Shown: in pieces, positions 23,709-35,986 of the stretch
Numbering within the stretch: the stretch's first letter is position 1
Layout: every line of letters begins with the position of its first letter
NCBI GenBank assembly: GCA_016187175.1
Contig: JACPKG010000002.1
Coordinates: 12,922-76,921 of the forward strand
Direction: 5' to 3'
DNA: 64,000 nucleotides
From: Candidatus Saccharimonadota bacterium
GTDB taxonomy: Bacteria; Patescibacteriota; Saccharimonadia; Saccharimonadales; UBA10212
Program-made: the position numbers and the translations under genes
The notes under the pieces: model-generated
Database searches by the model: none
Seen by the model: only the letters and a program-made list of their open reading frames with translations
Told to the model about the DNA's origin: nothing

Positions 23709-25001
23709 ATGGTCTTACCTAAACCAAAACTAAACCTAAGCTTTAAAAATAAAATTCCGCTGCTGCCCAAGCCGGGTTATGAGAGACTAAGCGCCGCAGA
23801 TGTTGAACCGGCGAGGCGCTACATTGCCAAATACTGGCCCCGGCTAACCCGCTTTCACCCTAAGGACAAAGACAGCCTAATAGGTTTGCCAAAACCTTAT
23901 CTTGTCCCGGCCCACGAGCTAGACCATGAATTCGATTTTAACGAGCTCTATTACTGGGATAGCTACTTTATGGCGCAGGGGCTGCTCGATGATTCCCACA
24001 AAGAACTAGTGACGGGTATTTTAGACGATTTGCTTAATTTGTTTGAGCGATTTGGGATTGTACCCAATGCTTCGCGCACCTACATGACCAGCCGTTCCAA
24101 CCCGCCGCTACTTAGCAGTTTTATTTTGGATGTTTATAAGGCCTACAAACCAGAGAAAGATTGGCTTAAGCAAGCCATTAAAGTTGCCCAGCAAGAATAT
24201 AAAACCGTTTGGATGGGCACCCAAAAACCTAACGCCCGCCAAGTTTACGAGGGCCTGAGCCGATATTATGATTTAAACTACCTTCAGGACATAGCCGAAG
24301 CCGAAAGCGGTTGGGACTATACGCCACGCTTTAGCCACAAAGCATTGGATTTTTTGCCGGTGGACCTAAACTCACTGCTTTATAAATACGAAAAAGACTT
24401 TGCCTACGTAGACAAACTGCTTGATCGGCAAAAAACTGCCCATGAATGGGATCGGGCGGCGCACCAGCGGCAAATAACCATGAACCGGCTGATGTGGAGC
24501 GATCTGCGTGGTTTATATTACGACTACAATTACGTAAAAGAAAAACGGGGCAGCGTTAGCTCGCTGGCAGCCTACTACCCGATGTGGGCTGGTCTGGCTA
24601 GTCAAAAACAAGCCGAGCGGCTGGTTAACTCGCTTAAAAAGTTTGAGAATAAAGGCGGCCTGGCTACTACTGATGCGCCGCAGGTAGAACGGCTGATACC
24701 TGGGGCCTTTCCGACGCAGTGGGCTTACCCTAATGGTTGGGCGCCGCTGCACTTTATTGTGATTAAGGGCCTGCAAAACTATGGTTATAATGACGATGCT
24801 CGACGCATTGCACTCAAATGGCTAAAGACTAACTTGGACTGGTTTAATAAACACGGCGTTTTTTTGGAAAAGTATAACGTCGTGCAGCCTGGCAAACCTC
24901 CGGCTAAAGGTGTTTATCCCAGCCAGACCGGTTTTGGCTGGACTAATTCAGTTTTCGAAGTCTTCTGCCGCGAGTTTATAGACATCCCCACACCGCACTA
25001 G
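23709..25001 (+). CDS. trehalase-like glycoside hydrolase (GH37-like)
   Basis: 430 aa. ELYYWDSYF and QWAYPNGWAPLHF resemble the two trehalase signature blocks. Confidence 0.55.
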   Translation: MVLPKPKLNLSFKNKIPLLPKPGYERLSAADVEPARRYIAKYWPRLTRFHPKDKDSLIGLPKPYLVPAHELDHEFDFNELYYWDSYFMAQGLLDDSHKELVTGILDDLLNLFERFGIVPNASRTYMTSRSNPPLLSSFILDVYKAYKPEKDWLKQAIKVAQQEYKTVWMGTQKPNARQVYEGLSRYYDLNYLQDIAEAESGWDYTPRFSHKALDFLPVDLNSLLYKYEKDFAYVDKLLDRQKTAHEWDRAAHQRQITMNRLMWSDLRGLYYDYNYVKEKRGSVSSLAAYYPMWAGLASQKQAERLVNSLKKFENKGGLATTDAPQVERLIPGAFPTQWAYPNGWAPLHFIVIKGLQNYGYNDDARRIALKWLKTNLDWFNKHGVFLEKYNVVQPGKPPAKGVYPSQTGFGWTNSVFEVFCREFIDIPTPH

Positions 25002-25055
25002 CCTGCCGTTCCGCCTGCGGCGGACCGCACCGACTAGCGCTTCTGGCGCACTGCT

Positions 25056-25325
25056 ATGTCAGAAACTGCGCTGCTCGCTCGCTGTATTGCATATACAGCT
25101 TGCTCCGTTGCTCGTTTCTTCCTTGCATTGCATCCAGGTATGGGGCTGTCTATATTTAGAGGGATGGAAGACCGAACTTTGCCCTGTGCGGATAAGTTGG
25201 CGTTTGATTCCGAGAAGGAAGCGTTGGGCCAGGCCAGAGTTATTAAATGGCGCAACGATACCAAGCTGAAAGCTTACAAATGCCGCTACTGTGGGCTGTG
25301 GCACCTTTCGACAAGCTCGAGGTAA
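25056..25325 (+). CDS. hypothetical small protein; its C-terminus runs into the family-B repeat
   Basis: Only the ORF supports this call. Confidence 0.2.
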   Translation: MSETALLARCIAYTACSVARFFLALHPGMGLSIFRGMEDRTLPCADKLAFDSEKEALGQARVIKWRNDTKLKAYKCRYCGLWHLSTSSR

Positions 25326-25415
25326 ACCTTTCGACCCATTCGACCAGCTCAGGGTCATCCTGAGCGAAGTCGAACGGACGACAAGCTCGAGGTAAACCTC
25401 TCGAGTAAATCTCGA
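25307..25415. repeat. dispersed stem-loop element, family B (core TTCGACCAGCTCAGGGTCATCCTGAGCGAAGTCGAA at 25339-25374), flanked by ACAAGCTCGAGGTAAACCT direct repeats
   Basis: It has a nested stem-loop. Similar copies occur at 59061-59096 and 62238-62350. Confidence 0.6.
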
Positions 25416-25480
25416 GATTAACCTATAATGGACTTGGTTTAATTTTTCGGGATAGTAGCTCAGTTGTGCCCGCCAAATCT

Positions 25481-25558
25481 GGGTACTTAGCTAAAACTGG
25501 CTAGAGCACCTGATTCACATTCAGGAGGTTGAGGGTTCAAGTCCCCCAGTACCCACCA
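25481..25558 (+). tRNA. tRNA-Val (anticodon CAC), CCA encoded; non-standard D-arm
   Basis: Acceptor GGGTACT/AGTACCC, anticodon arm CCTGA-TTCACAT-TCAGG and a T-arm GGTTCAAGTCC. It is preceded at 25449-25466 by an 18-nt tRNA 5'-fragment, GGGATAGTAGCTCAGTTG. Confidence 0.65.
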
Positions 25559-25647
25559 TGTTGTAAATAAAGCAGATTTTTTAGCTGCGCAATAGGTTTA
25601 CAATAAAAACAAATTAATGCGGTGAGAGAAGTAAGGGTAAATGTCCG

Positions 25648-26361
25648 ATGGCTGCCGAAAAATTTAGTTTCGACGAAGAAAAAGTGGTGGTGGGAATGTA
25701 TGACAGAGAGATTTTTGTTTTTCCGCCGGGAGGCATAAAACTAAAATCCGGTCGAATTTCACCTTATTACCACAACCAGAGAGGAATGCTGTCTCTAAGC
25801 AAAAAACTAGATGCCAACGGCGCCATGCCTTTTGCTAGACAGCTAGACTTCAGGAGAGAATCAGCACTTGGGTACGCTACAAGATTTGATGAGATACAAG
25901 CACGATATGATCATGTTTTTGGAAAAGCCCAGTCTGCTACGCCACATTTAGCAATAGCAGCTTTTGTGGCCGGTAAATCCTACCTTTGGGAGCGAGTACC
26001 CGAAGGCAAGGATTACGGAATAAAAAAACGCGTAGAGGGCGACTATGAATATGGCGATTTTGTTCACCTAGGCGACGACAATGTTACTGATGGCCAGTCA
26101 AAAATCGAAGGCGCGGCGGTGCTATATGAAGCTGGTCTACAACCTGTAAGCATTACTGTCATGTTCGATCGCCAAGAAGGCGCGCAAGCACGCTTAAGCT
26201 CTCTTGGCTTTGAGATGAATGCCGTGACAACACTCTCAAGAGCAGTACCAATTCTCCGTGCCAACAGAAAAATCACCAATGAGCATATTGAAAGCCTGCT
26301 AGCCTATCATGAAGATTTGATATCCAAAGGCGCAGCCAGCACATTTAGCTTAGCTGCATAA
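25648..26361 (+). CDS. type I phosphoribosyltransferase, orotate PRTase-like
   Basis: 237 aa. IKLKSGRISPYYHN matches the PyrE N-terminal pattern (F.LKSG..SPYY.N) and a PRPP-loop-like VHLGDDNVTDGQS is present. Confidence 0.4.
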   Translation: MAAEKFSFDEEKVVVGMYDREIFVFPPGGIKLKSGRISPYYHNQRGMLSLSKKLDANGAMPFARQLDFRRESALGYATRFDEIQARYDHVFGKAQSATPHLAIAAFVAGKSYLWERVPEGKDYGIKKRVEGDYEYGDFVHLGDDNVTDGQSKIEGAAVLYEAGLQPVSITVMFDRQEGAQARLSSLGFEMNAVTTLSRAVPILRANRKITNEHIESLLAYHEDLISKGAASTFSLAA

Positions 26362-26364
26362 ATT

Positions 26365-26877
26365 ATGAGTGTAAAACAGAGCGCGGGACTATTGGTTTAT
26401 AGATTAAAGAATAGGCGGCTGGAAGTGCTGATCGTCCATCCTGGAGGGCCTTTCTTCGCGAAGAAGGATAATGGTTTTTGGTCGATTCCTAAGGGACTAT
26501 ACGAAGGTGATGAGAACCCTCTTGATGCTGCCAAACGTGAATATGAAGAGGAAATCGGCAGACCAGCACCAGACGGCACCTATATCGAGCTAGGCGAGAT
26601 AAAAAGAAAAGATGGCAAAATCATTAAAGCTTGGGCAGTTGAGGGTACCGTTGATGAAACCAAGATCACCAGCAATACATTCAAAATAGAGTGGCCGCCT
26701 AAATCCGCTAAAATGCAGGCATTCCCGGAAGTTGACCGTGCGGGTTGGTTCACGCTGGGAGAAGCCGTCAAAAAACTAACTCCAGCCCAAGTAGAATTTT
26801 TGCAACGCCTTGCCGATAAACTCGACAGAGAATTGACAGTAGAAAAACCCCAACCCAACCAGCAAACATTCCTTTAA
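26365..26877 (+). CDS. NUDIX hydrolase
   Basis: The Nudix box reads GLYEGDENPLDAAKREYEEEIG. Confidence 0.7.
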   Translation: MSVKQSAGLLVYRLKNRRLEVLIVHPGGPFFAKKDNGFWSIPKGLYEGDENPLDAAKREYEEEIGRPAPDGTYIELGEIKRKDGKIIKAWAVEGTVDETKITSNTFKIEWPPKSAKMQAFPEVDRAGWFTLGEAVKKLTPAQVEFLQRLADKLDRELTVEKPQPNQQTFL

Positions 26878-27023
26878 CTGGCCTAGATATTACTACTTTT
26901 TTAAACGATCGTTAAATTTAGTATTACTTAACCTGTTAAGTAATTTAGCATGGTAAGTAAATCAAGTAATTTCCTCTTTACTTACTGTTTATTGTTCATT
27001 GCTTATTGTTTACAATTAAGAAG

Positions 27024-28502
27024 ATGAGTAAGTTTTATGTAGCTACGGCAATTCCCTATGTTAACGACAAGCCGCATCTAGGCCACGCCCTGCTGCATTT
27101 ATATGCCGATGTCTTGGCCCGCTACCATCGTCAGCTTGGCGATGATGTGCTGTTTAGCGCCGGTACTGACGAGCATGGCGGTAAGGTTGCTGAAGCAGCT
27201 GCTAAAGCCGGTGCAGAGCCAAAACATTTTGTTGATCAGATAAGCGTCAGTTTTCGTGAAGGCCTAAAAAAGCTGGGTGTTAGCAACGACCGTTTTATAA
27301 GAACGACCGATGCAGGCCATGAACAAAGGGCTCAGCTTATCTGGCAGGCCTTGACCAGGGATATTTATAAAAAGGCTTACGAAGGCATGTACTGCGTTGG
27401 TTGCGAGGAATTTAAGACAGAGGCTTATGTTAAAGCAACGGACGGTATCTGTCCGCTGCATAACCGCCCGTACGAAAAAGTTGCCGAAGAAAATTATTTT
27501 TTTGCACTCAGCAAATATACCGCCAAAATTAAAGCGGCGATTGAGACTGACCAGTACAGGATTATTCCAACTAGCCGCAAAAATGAAATTCTATCGGTAA
27601 TCAATGAAGGCCTGCAGGATATTTCAATCAGCCGGCCTAAAAATAAAATCCCCTGGGGGATACCAGTGCCTGGTGACGAAACTCAAACAATGTACGTCTG
27701 GTTTGAGGCGTTGATGAATTACATAACCGTGTTAGGTTATCCCGAGCACGCCGACTTCAAAAAGTACTGGCCCGCCGACGTGCAGGTTATTGGCAAAGAC
27801 ATACTGCGGTTTCATGCGGCTGTTTGGCCGGGCATGCTGCTGGCCCTTGGCCTGCCCCTACCAAAGAGTCTTTATGTGCACGGTTTTGTAACCAGCGGCG
27901 GCCAGAAAATGAGTAAGAGCCTCGGCAACGTTGTCGACCCGTTAGAAATTGTTGATAAATATGGCGTTGACGCCTTCCGCTATTTTTTTCTCAGACACAT
28001 CCCGAGCTATAGTGACGGTGACTTTACCTGGGAGTTGATTGAGGCGGCTTACAATAACGAGCTGGCCGACCAGCTAGGCAATGCCGTATCCCGCACGGCG
28101 GCCATGATAAGCAAGTACCAAAATGGAGTGATAGGCAATGTGCCTCCGCCAGAACACGATGTTGCGGCTTACGCCCAGGCGATCGGACGGTGCCGGTTTG
28201 ACAAAGCACTGTCAGTAGTCTGGGAGCAGGTGAAAGGACTCAACCAATACATTGATGAGTCTAAACCGTGGGAGATGGCCAGTCCGCCAGGTGGCGGAGT
28301 GGACGAAGACCACCTGCGTGAGGTATTGGCTAACATGGCGGCCAACCTGCTGGAAATAGCTGCCCTTTTAGTACCCTTTATGCCCGAAACCGCTCAAAAG
28401 ATAGAGGGAGTCTTTGGCACAGGGGTTTTAAAACCCTTATCCGCTCCACTATTCCCCAAAACAGTCAAAAGCCCAAAGTCAACAACTGCGCCAGGTTCTT
28501 AA
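27024..28502 (+). CDS. metG: methionyl-tRNA synthetase
   Basis: HIGH-region PHLGHA and KMSKS are present. The start was placed at MSKFYV after AAGAAG. Confidence 0.85.
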   Translation: MSKFYVATAIPYVNDKPHLGHALLHLYADVLARYHRQLGDDVLFSAGTDEHGGKVAEAAAKAGAEPKHFVDQISVSFREGLKKLGVSNDRFIRTTDAGHEQRAQLIWQALTRDIYKKAYEGMYCVGCEEFKTEAYVKATDGICPLHNRPYEKVAEENYFFALSKYTAKIKAAIETDQYRIIPTSRKNEILSVINEGLQDISISRPKNKIPWGIPVPGDETQTMYVWFEALMNYITVLGYPEHADFKKYWPADVQVIGKDILRFHAAVWPGMLLALGLPLPKSLYVHGFVTSGGQKMSKSLGNVVDPLEIVDKYGVDAFRYFFLRHIPSYSDGDFTWELIEAAYNNELADQLGNAVSRTAAMISKYQNGVIGNVPPPEHDVAAYAQAIGRCRFDKALSVVWEQVKGLNQYIDESKPWEMASPPGGGVDEDHLREVLANMAANLLEIAALLVPFMPETAQKIEGVFGTGVLKPLSAPLFPKTVKSPKSTTAPGS

Positions 28503-28507
28503 TTGTT

Positions 28508-29305
28508 ATGGCCCAAAAACACGATTACATAACTTTGGTTGATACTCACTGCCATTTGCATTTTAGTAACTATTCAAATGTTAGCCAGGTGATTGCCGAA
28601 GCCAGCAAATGCGGTGTGACCAAACTAATATGTGTTGGCACCACCTTAGCTGATAGCCGCCAGGCTGCCAAGCTGGCGGCTAAATATAAAACAGTCTGGG
28701 CTAGCGCGGGCGTCCATCCGCACGAGGCCGATCGGTTCGTGGCTGATAAACATGGCCCAAGCCAGCTTAAAAGACTACTAGGTTACACCAGGGTTGTAGC
28801 GGTGGGCGAAATAGGCCTAGATCTTTACAAAAATTATTCTGCCAAAGACGCCCAAGAGCGATCCTTGCGATTGCAAATAGAAAGCTCGGCACAGGCTGAT
28901 TTGCCCTACATTTTTCATGTCCGGGAGGCTTGGGATGATTTTTGGCGTATCTTTGACTCCTATGAATCCGCCGGCTGGCGCCCGCGCGGTGTGGTACATA
29001 GCTTTAGCGCCCACCCAAAACAGTTGGAAGAAAGCCTCAGCAGGGGCTTGTATATCGGTCTAAACGGCATCATGACTTTTACTCAAGATAGTTGGCAACT
29101 GGCAGCCGCCAAGCTAGTGCCAATTGACCGTTTGCTTTTAGAAACCGACGCCCCATTTTTAACTCCTAGTCCTTTCAGAGGTGAGCTGTGCGAACCTAAA
29201 CATATTGTTAATATCGCCGAATTTCTGGCCCAACTGCGCGGTGAGTCAGTGGAGAGGCTGGCAAGTTATACGACCAAAAATGCGGCTCAACTTTTTGGTC
29301 TTTGA
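28508..29305 (+). CDS. tatD: TatD-family metal-dependent hydrolase/DNase
   Basis: DTHCHLHF is present, along with His/Asp/Glu residues (H...H...E...H...D) at TatD-like spacing. Confidence 0.8.
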   Translation: MAQKHDYITLVDTHCHLHFSNYSNVSQVIAEASKCGVTKLICVGTTLADSRQAAKLAAKYKTVWASAGVHPHEADRFVADKHGPSQLKRLLGYTRVVAVGEIGLDLYKNYSAKDAQERSLRLQIESSAQADLPYIFHVREAWDDFWRIFDSYESAGWRPRGVVHSFSAHPKQLEESLSRGLYIGLNGIMTFTQDSWQLAAAKLVPIDRLLLETDAPFLTPSPFRGELCEPKHIVNIAEFLAQLRGESVERLASYTTKNAAQLFGL

Positions 29306-29311
29306 GTAACC

Positions 29312-30484
29312 ATGAAAAAACAAGTTTATTTAGATTACGCAGCGGCTACTCCTTTAGATCCTAGTGTCATCAAGGCTATGGCGCCGTACTTTGCCGACAA
29401 TTTTTATAACCCGTCGGCCATATATTTAGGCGGACGGACGGCCCGTCAAGCACTAGAGAAGGCGCGCGCTACCATAGCCCGGAATCTGGGTGCCAAACCG
29501 GCCGAAATAGTTTTTACGGCAGGTGCGACGGAAGCTAACAATCTAGCTATCCAAGGCGTTATGCGTAGCTATCCTGATGGCGAAATTTTAGTGAGTGCTA
29601 TCGAACATGAATCAGTATTAGGACCGGCTGGTTTGTTCAAATGCCGAGAGATCCCCGTCGACCAAAACGGCCGAGTGGTACTTAAGGAGTTGGAAAAAAT
29701 GATAAATACCAGGACTGTCCTGATATCTGTGGGATTGGTCAACAATGAAATCGGCACCACTCAATCGCTAAAGGACATATCTAATTTGCTTAAGGCCGTC
29801 AAGATCCACCGTGAGCGGATTCACGGTGCAAGCAAGCTACCCCTGTATTTGCATACAGACGCCGCCCAAGCACCAAGTTATTTTGACCTACACGTTAGCC
29901 GGCTGGGTGTCGATTTATTGACTATTAACGGTGCTAAGATATATGGTCCGAAACAAAGTGGCGCTTTGTATATAAAAGCTGGCACTAAGCTGCAGCCATT
30001 AATCTTGGGCGGCGGACAGGAAAGTAACTTACGTTCTGGCACAGAAAATGTGGCCGCCGCCATAGGTTTGGCAACTGTGCTGGATAAAGTCCAGCAAGCA
30101 AGAATTAAAGAGTTCAGACGCGTTGCCAGCTTACGCGAATTATTTTTGGACGGCTTGGCCAAAATCCCAGGCGCTAGCGTTAACGGATCACAAAAATATG
30201 TCTCTCCCCATATCGTTAGTGTTAAGCTGGCTGGCCACGACAACGAACGGCTGATGATGGAACTTGATGAGCGTGGCGTGCAAGTAGCCGTTGGTAGTGC
30301 TTGTAGTGCCCTGCGCCAGACGGCGCAGGGGAGTGCTAGTGGCGATAAGCCATCGCACGTACTTTCCGCTATTGGTCTGAGTGATGAAGAGGCTCGATCG
30401 ACCTTGCGCTTTAGTTTTGGCCGGCAGACTACTAAACCTGACATTGAGACGGCCCTAAGACTTTTAAGAGATCTGACCTCTTAA
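29312..30484 (+). CDS. cysteine desulfurase (class V aminotransferase, IscS/NifS/SufS-like)
   Basis: 390 aa. It has YLDYAAATP, a PLP-Lys region and an SACS-type active-site Cys loop VAVGSACS. Confidence 0.8.
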   Translation: MKKQVYLDYAAATPLDPSVIKAMAPYFADNFYNPSAIYLGGRTARQALEKARATIARNLGAKPAEIVFTAGATEANNLAIQGVMRSYPDGEILVSAIEHESVLGPAGLFKCREIPVDQNGRVVLKELEKMINTRTVLISVGLVNNEIGTTQSLKDISNLLKAVKIHRERIHGASKLPLYLHTDAAQAPSYFDLHVSRLGVDLLTINGAKIYGPKQSGALYIKAGTKLQPLILGGGQESNLRSGTENVAAAIGLATVLDKVQQARIKEFRRVASLRELFLDGLAKIPGASVNGSQKYVSPHIVSVKLAGHDNERLMMELDERGVQVAVGSACSALRQTAQGSASGDKPSHVLSAIGLSDEEARSTLRFSFGRQTTKPDIETALRLLRDLTS

Positions 30485-30519
30485 AAAAAGTTAACAAAAG
30501 CGCTATACTTTGAGCAAGC

Positions 30520-31293
30520 ATGAAGTGGATTATCACCGGCCTTTTGCTGTTAGCTGTTTTTAGCGCCCACGCTTCAGCCGATACCATTACCCGTAGTTTT
30601 AAAGCTAGAGGCACGGTTTCGCCGGGCTTTGTGGTAGCTATAACTAAGGATGATTTAGGGACGGTGGAAGCAGCACCGGCCTCCGATCCAAATCGTATTT
30701 ATGGTGTAGTGGTTGACAAGACGGCCGCGCCTGTGACTCTGCAAAAAAACAATGAGCAAACCTTTGTTGCTACCAGCGGCAGCTATCCAGTCCTGACAAG
30801 CACCCAAAACGGCTCGGTTAAAAGCGGCGATTACCTCACATTGTCGTCAGCCGGCGGTATTGCCGCTAAGGCCAGCAGTAAAAGCCCGTATGTTGTTGGG
30901 CAGGCCTTAGAAAGTTTTGATGGCAGCCAAGGCACAACCGACCAAGTAGCCGGCCACACAGTTGGAAAAGTCCAGGCCCGGATTAGACCGGGTAAAAATC
31001 CTCTTACTCAGATGGAGACGGGCATACCTGGTTTTCTGCGGCGCTTGGCAGAAGTAATAGCTGGCAAGCCGCTTAGCCCGGTTAGGATTTATATTGCGCT
31101 GTTGATATTTTTGCTAAGCTCTCTACTGGCTGCTAGTCTGATCTACGTGGGTGTTAGGTCCAGCTTAATTGCCATCGGCCGTAATCCGCTCAGCAAGCAC
31201 GCCATCTTACAAGGTTTAGCTCAGGTGATAATCGCTGCCATCTTAGTTTTTGCCAGCAGCTTATTTGGGATATTCTTATTATTAAAGATATAA
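30520..31293 (+). CDS. secreted ~200-aa domain fused to a C-terminal two-helix membrane hairpin; first gene of the ATP-synthase block
   Basis: It has a signal peptide MKWIITGLLLLAVFSAHASA. The C-terminal hairpin IYIALLIFLLSSLLAASLIYVGVRSSLIAIGRNPLSKHAILQGLAQVIIAAILVFASSLF is loosely reminiscent of an F-type c-subunit but lacks the ion-binding carboxylate. Confidence 0.4.
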   Translation: MKWIITGLLLLAVFSAHASADTITRSFKARGTVSPGFVVAITKDDLGTVEAAPASDPNRIYGVVVDKTAAPVTLQKNNEQTFVATSGSYPVLTSTQNGSVKSGDYLTLSSAGGIAAKASSKSPYVVGQALESFDGSQGTTDQVAGHTVGKVQARIRPGKNPLTQMETGIPGFLRRLAEVIAGKPLSPVRIYIALLIFLLSSLLAASLIYVGVRSSLIAIGRNPLSKHAILQGLAQVIIAAILVFASSLFGIFLLLKI

Positions 31294-31300
31294 AGCTATT

Positions 31301-31942
31301 ATGAATACAGGTGGGATTATTCTGGTGGTTGGGTCGCTGCTGGGTGCAACCAGTGCTTTTATCTGGCTGGCTCTTAAATTGAGTCGTGCTAGTACGGTCC
31401 CACCAAGGACCTTGTCTTCTCAACCCAAACCTACGGATACCATTGCCAGTCTAGCCAAGGAAGACGTCGAACATATTTTTAATAACGAGTTCCGCGAAGA
31501 ACTGCGCAATCGTGGTCGCCTGCACTTTGAAAAAATCATCGGCGAAAACGCCATGTTCTTGCAGCAAGATTTACGAGAAACGACCACCCAATTAAATGAA
31601 TATATGCGGGCTGAAATTACTCGCACGCTACAGGAAGAGTTTAAAAAGTACCAACAATCAATTACCGACGCTAAACAACTGGCAATTGACTCCATCGAAA
31701 AAACCATCACAACTATTGAACAACAGCGCCAACTTCTGGAGACCCAAATGCAAACCCAGGCCGAGGCTCAAAAAGCCGAACTCTTAGCCCGTTTCGAAAA
31801 AGCCATGGCCAGTATCATCAACCATTACGTTGTACAGGCTATCGGCAGCCAGATTGACATTTCTGACCAGCTGGAATTTATTTTGGCCGAGCTGGAAAAT
31901 AACAAGCAAGCCATCATAGAGGACATCCGCCGTGGCACTTAG
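31301..31942 (+). CDS. atpF: F-type ATP synthase subunit b-like
   Basis: It has an N-terminal TM followed by a long charged coiled coil, and sits in the expected operon position. Confidence 0.5.
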   Translation: MNTGGIILVVGSLLGATSAFIWLALKLSRASTVPPRTLSSQPKPTDTIASLAKEDVEHIFNNEFREELRNRGRLHFEKIIGENAMFLQQDLRETTTQLNEYMRAEITRTLQEEFKKYQQSITDAKQLAIDSIEKTITTIEQQRQLLETQMQTQAEAQKAELLARFEKAMASIINHYVVQAIGSQIDISDQLEFILAELENNKQAIIEDIRRGT

Positions 31943-32405
31943 CAAGCTGCCCCTCACACTTATAAGTCAAACTGAGGTTACTCACTTAATACGTGAGCTG
32001 GCTGGTCTAGAGGATAATGCCATTGCTGCTACCGTCTCAGCCAAAAACGTACCATCGATCACCAAGCTGTTGGCCGAAGTCGCCGTCGCCAACGGTCTTG
32101 ATATAAACGATAAAACAAACCGCCAAACCCTAAAAGCTCAGTTGACCGAGCTACAAAAAAGCGCTCCCCTAATTCATATAAGCTTTGCTTCTGAACCTTC
32201 CCAACTAGTGCTAGAGAAAATCATTGCTTGGCTGAGAACCAATATCCATGCCCAACTACTGTTGCAGGTTGGTCTAGAGCCAGGCATAGCTGCCGGCTGT
32301 GTTCTGCGAACGCCTAATCATGTTTTTGACATGAGCCTACGACCTTATTTGGAAAAACAAAAAAGCTATTTGCAGCGACTCATCCAGGGAGCCATCGGTG
32401 GATAA
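31932..32405 (+). CDS. atpH: F-type ATP synthase subunit delta (OSCP)-like
   Basis: 157 aa, located between the b and alpha genes. Confidence 0.5.
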   Translation: MALSKLPLTLISQTEVTHLIRELAGLEDNAIAATVSAKNVPSITKLLAEVAVANGLDINDKTNRQTLKAQLTELQKSAPLIHISFASEPSQLVLEKIIAWLRTNIHAQLLLQVGLEPGIAAGCVLRTPNHVFDMSLRPYLEKQKSYLQRLIQGAIGG

Positions 32406-33824
32406 AGATAAACACTTCCAGCGGTTAGTTGACGCCGGTAAACCGGTCGGCGAGATAATCGGTATAAATAGCTTTTTAGTCCAAGTTCGCGGCCTGCAGC
32501 CGGTATCAATCCACTCGCTGATTATTTTCGAAGATGGCAGTCAGGGCTTTACAACGCGTATCTTGGAAGACCGGGTCCTGGTGCTACGGCTAAGAACCAC
32601 CCCACTGCGGATTGGTATGTTGGCTGTTGTCCAGCAAGAAAATTTGACCGTCAAAGTTGGCAAGGATTTCATTGGCCGGGTAGTAACGGTGACCGGCGAG
32701 CCGCTAGACGGCAAAGGCACGATTGCGGCTGACGCTGACTGGCCGATCTTTAACGACGCCCCCCCGATCTATCAGCGCGAACTGCTCAGTACTCAACTGG
32801 AAACTGGCGTGACTTTAGTTGATACGCTTTTTCCAATCGTCCGCGGTCAGCGTCTGGCCCTGTTAGGAGATAGCAAATCCGGTAAGTCAACCCTGGCTAC
32901 TCAAATTGCCATTAACCAGCGCAACACAGACCAAATTGTAGTTTATGTATTAATTGCCAAACGCCGCAGCGACGTAGACATGTTGCTTAACCGCTTAAGC
33001 GAGGCTGGGGTATTGGATAAAACCATCATTATGGTTTCGACAATCTTTGAATCGCTAGTTACCAGCTATTTGGCACCGTATGCTGGTTGTGCGCTGGCTG
33101 AGTATCTATGGCAGACGCTTGGCCAGGATGTTCTGATAATTTACGACGACTTGACTACGCACGCTCATGCTTACCGCGAAATTAGCTTGCTCTCGGGTGT
33201 CAGCCCAGGTCGCGACAGCTACCCCGGTGATATTTTTCATGCCCACTCTAGTTTGCTGGAGAGGGCCGGTAAACTAGCTGCTAACCATAAATGTTTGACC
33301 GCTATTCCAGTCGTATTGACCGAGGGCGGTGATATATCAACCTATCTCCCGACTAATATTATGTCAATTGCTGACGGTCAATGGATTCTGGATATGGAAA
33401 TTTTCCGCTCCGGCCGGCGACCAGCTATTGACGTTGGGCTGTCAGTTACCCGTGTTGGGGGCGTCGGTCAGAATACCCGCCAGAAAGCCCAAAACGCCGC
33501 TGTCTTTAAGACGTTGACAGAATTTAGTAGAGCTCAAGAGTTTGCTCATTTTGGCGGCGAGATGTCCAGCGCTACGGCTAAGGCTACAGCATTAGGCCAG
33601 AAACTAAATCAGCTTTTTACTCAAGCACCCGGCGAGACCTATAGTTTAATGGCTCAGCAGTTGATGCTTGATGTAGTGCTTGATCCGGTACCGCTCAATT
33701 TAAACCTGACTAATTTAAGACGCTCAGTGGTCGAAGCCGCTGCTCAAATCAAAAGCGAAGATGATTACGAAGAGGCTTTGGCGTCTCTAAAAATCAAAGC
33801 TGCAGCGCCAGCGGGAGAGCCAAA

Positions 33825-33828
<4 letters not shown>
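32398..33828 (+). CDS. atpA: F-type ATP synthase subunit alpha
   Basis: 476 aa. The P-loop GDSKSGKSTLA is divergent from GDRQTGKT. Alpha-type blocks are present, including YDDLTTHAHAYREISLL. Confidence 0.75.
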
Positions 33829-35983
<2,155 letters not shown>

Positions 35984-35986
35984 ACT

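Noticed and set aside
25449-25466. Calling GGGATAGTAGCTCAGTTG a separate tRNA gene
   Set aside because: It is only an 18-nt 5' fragment with no anticodon, T-arm or matching 3' acceptor. It is reported as a remnant instead.
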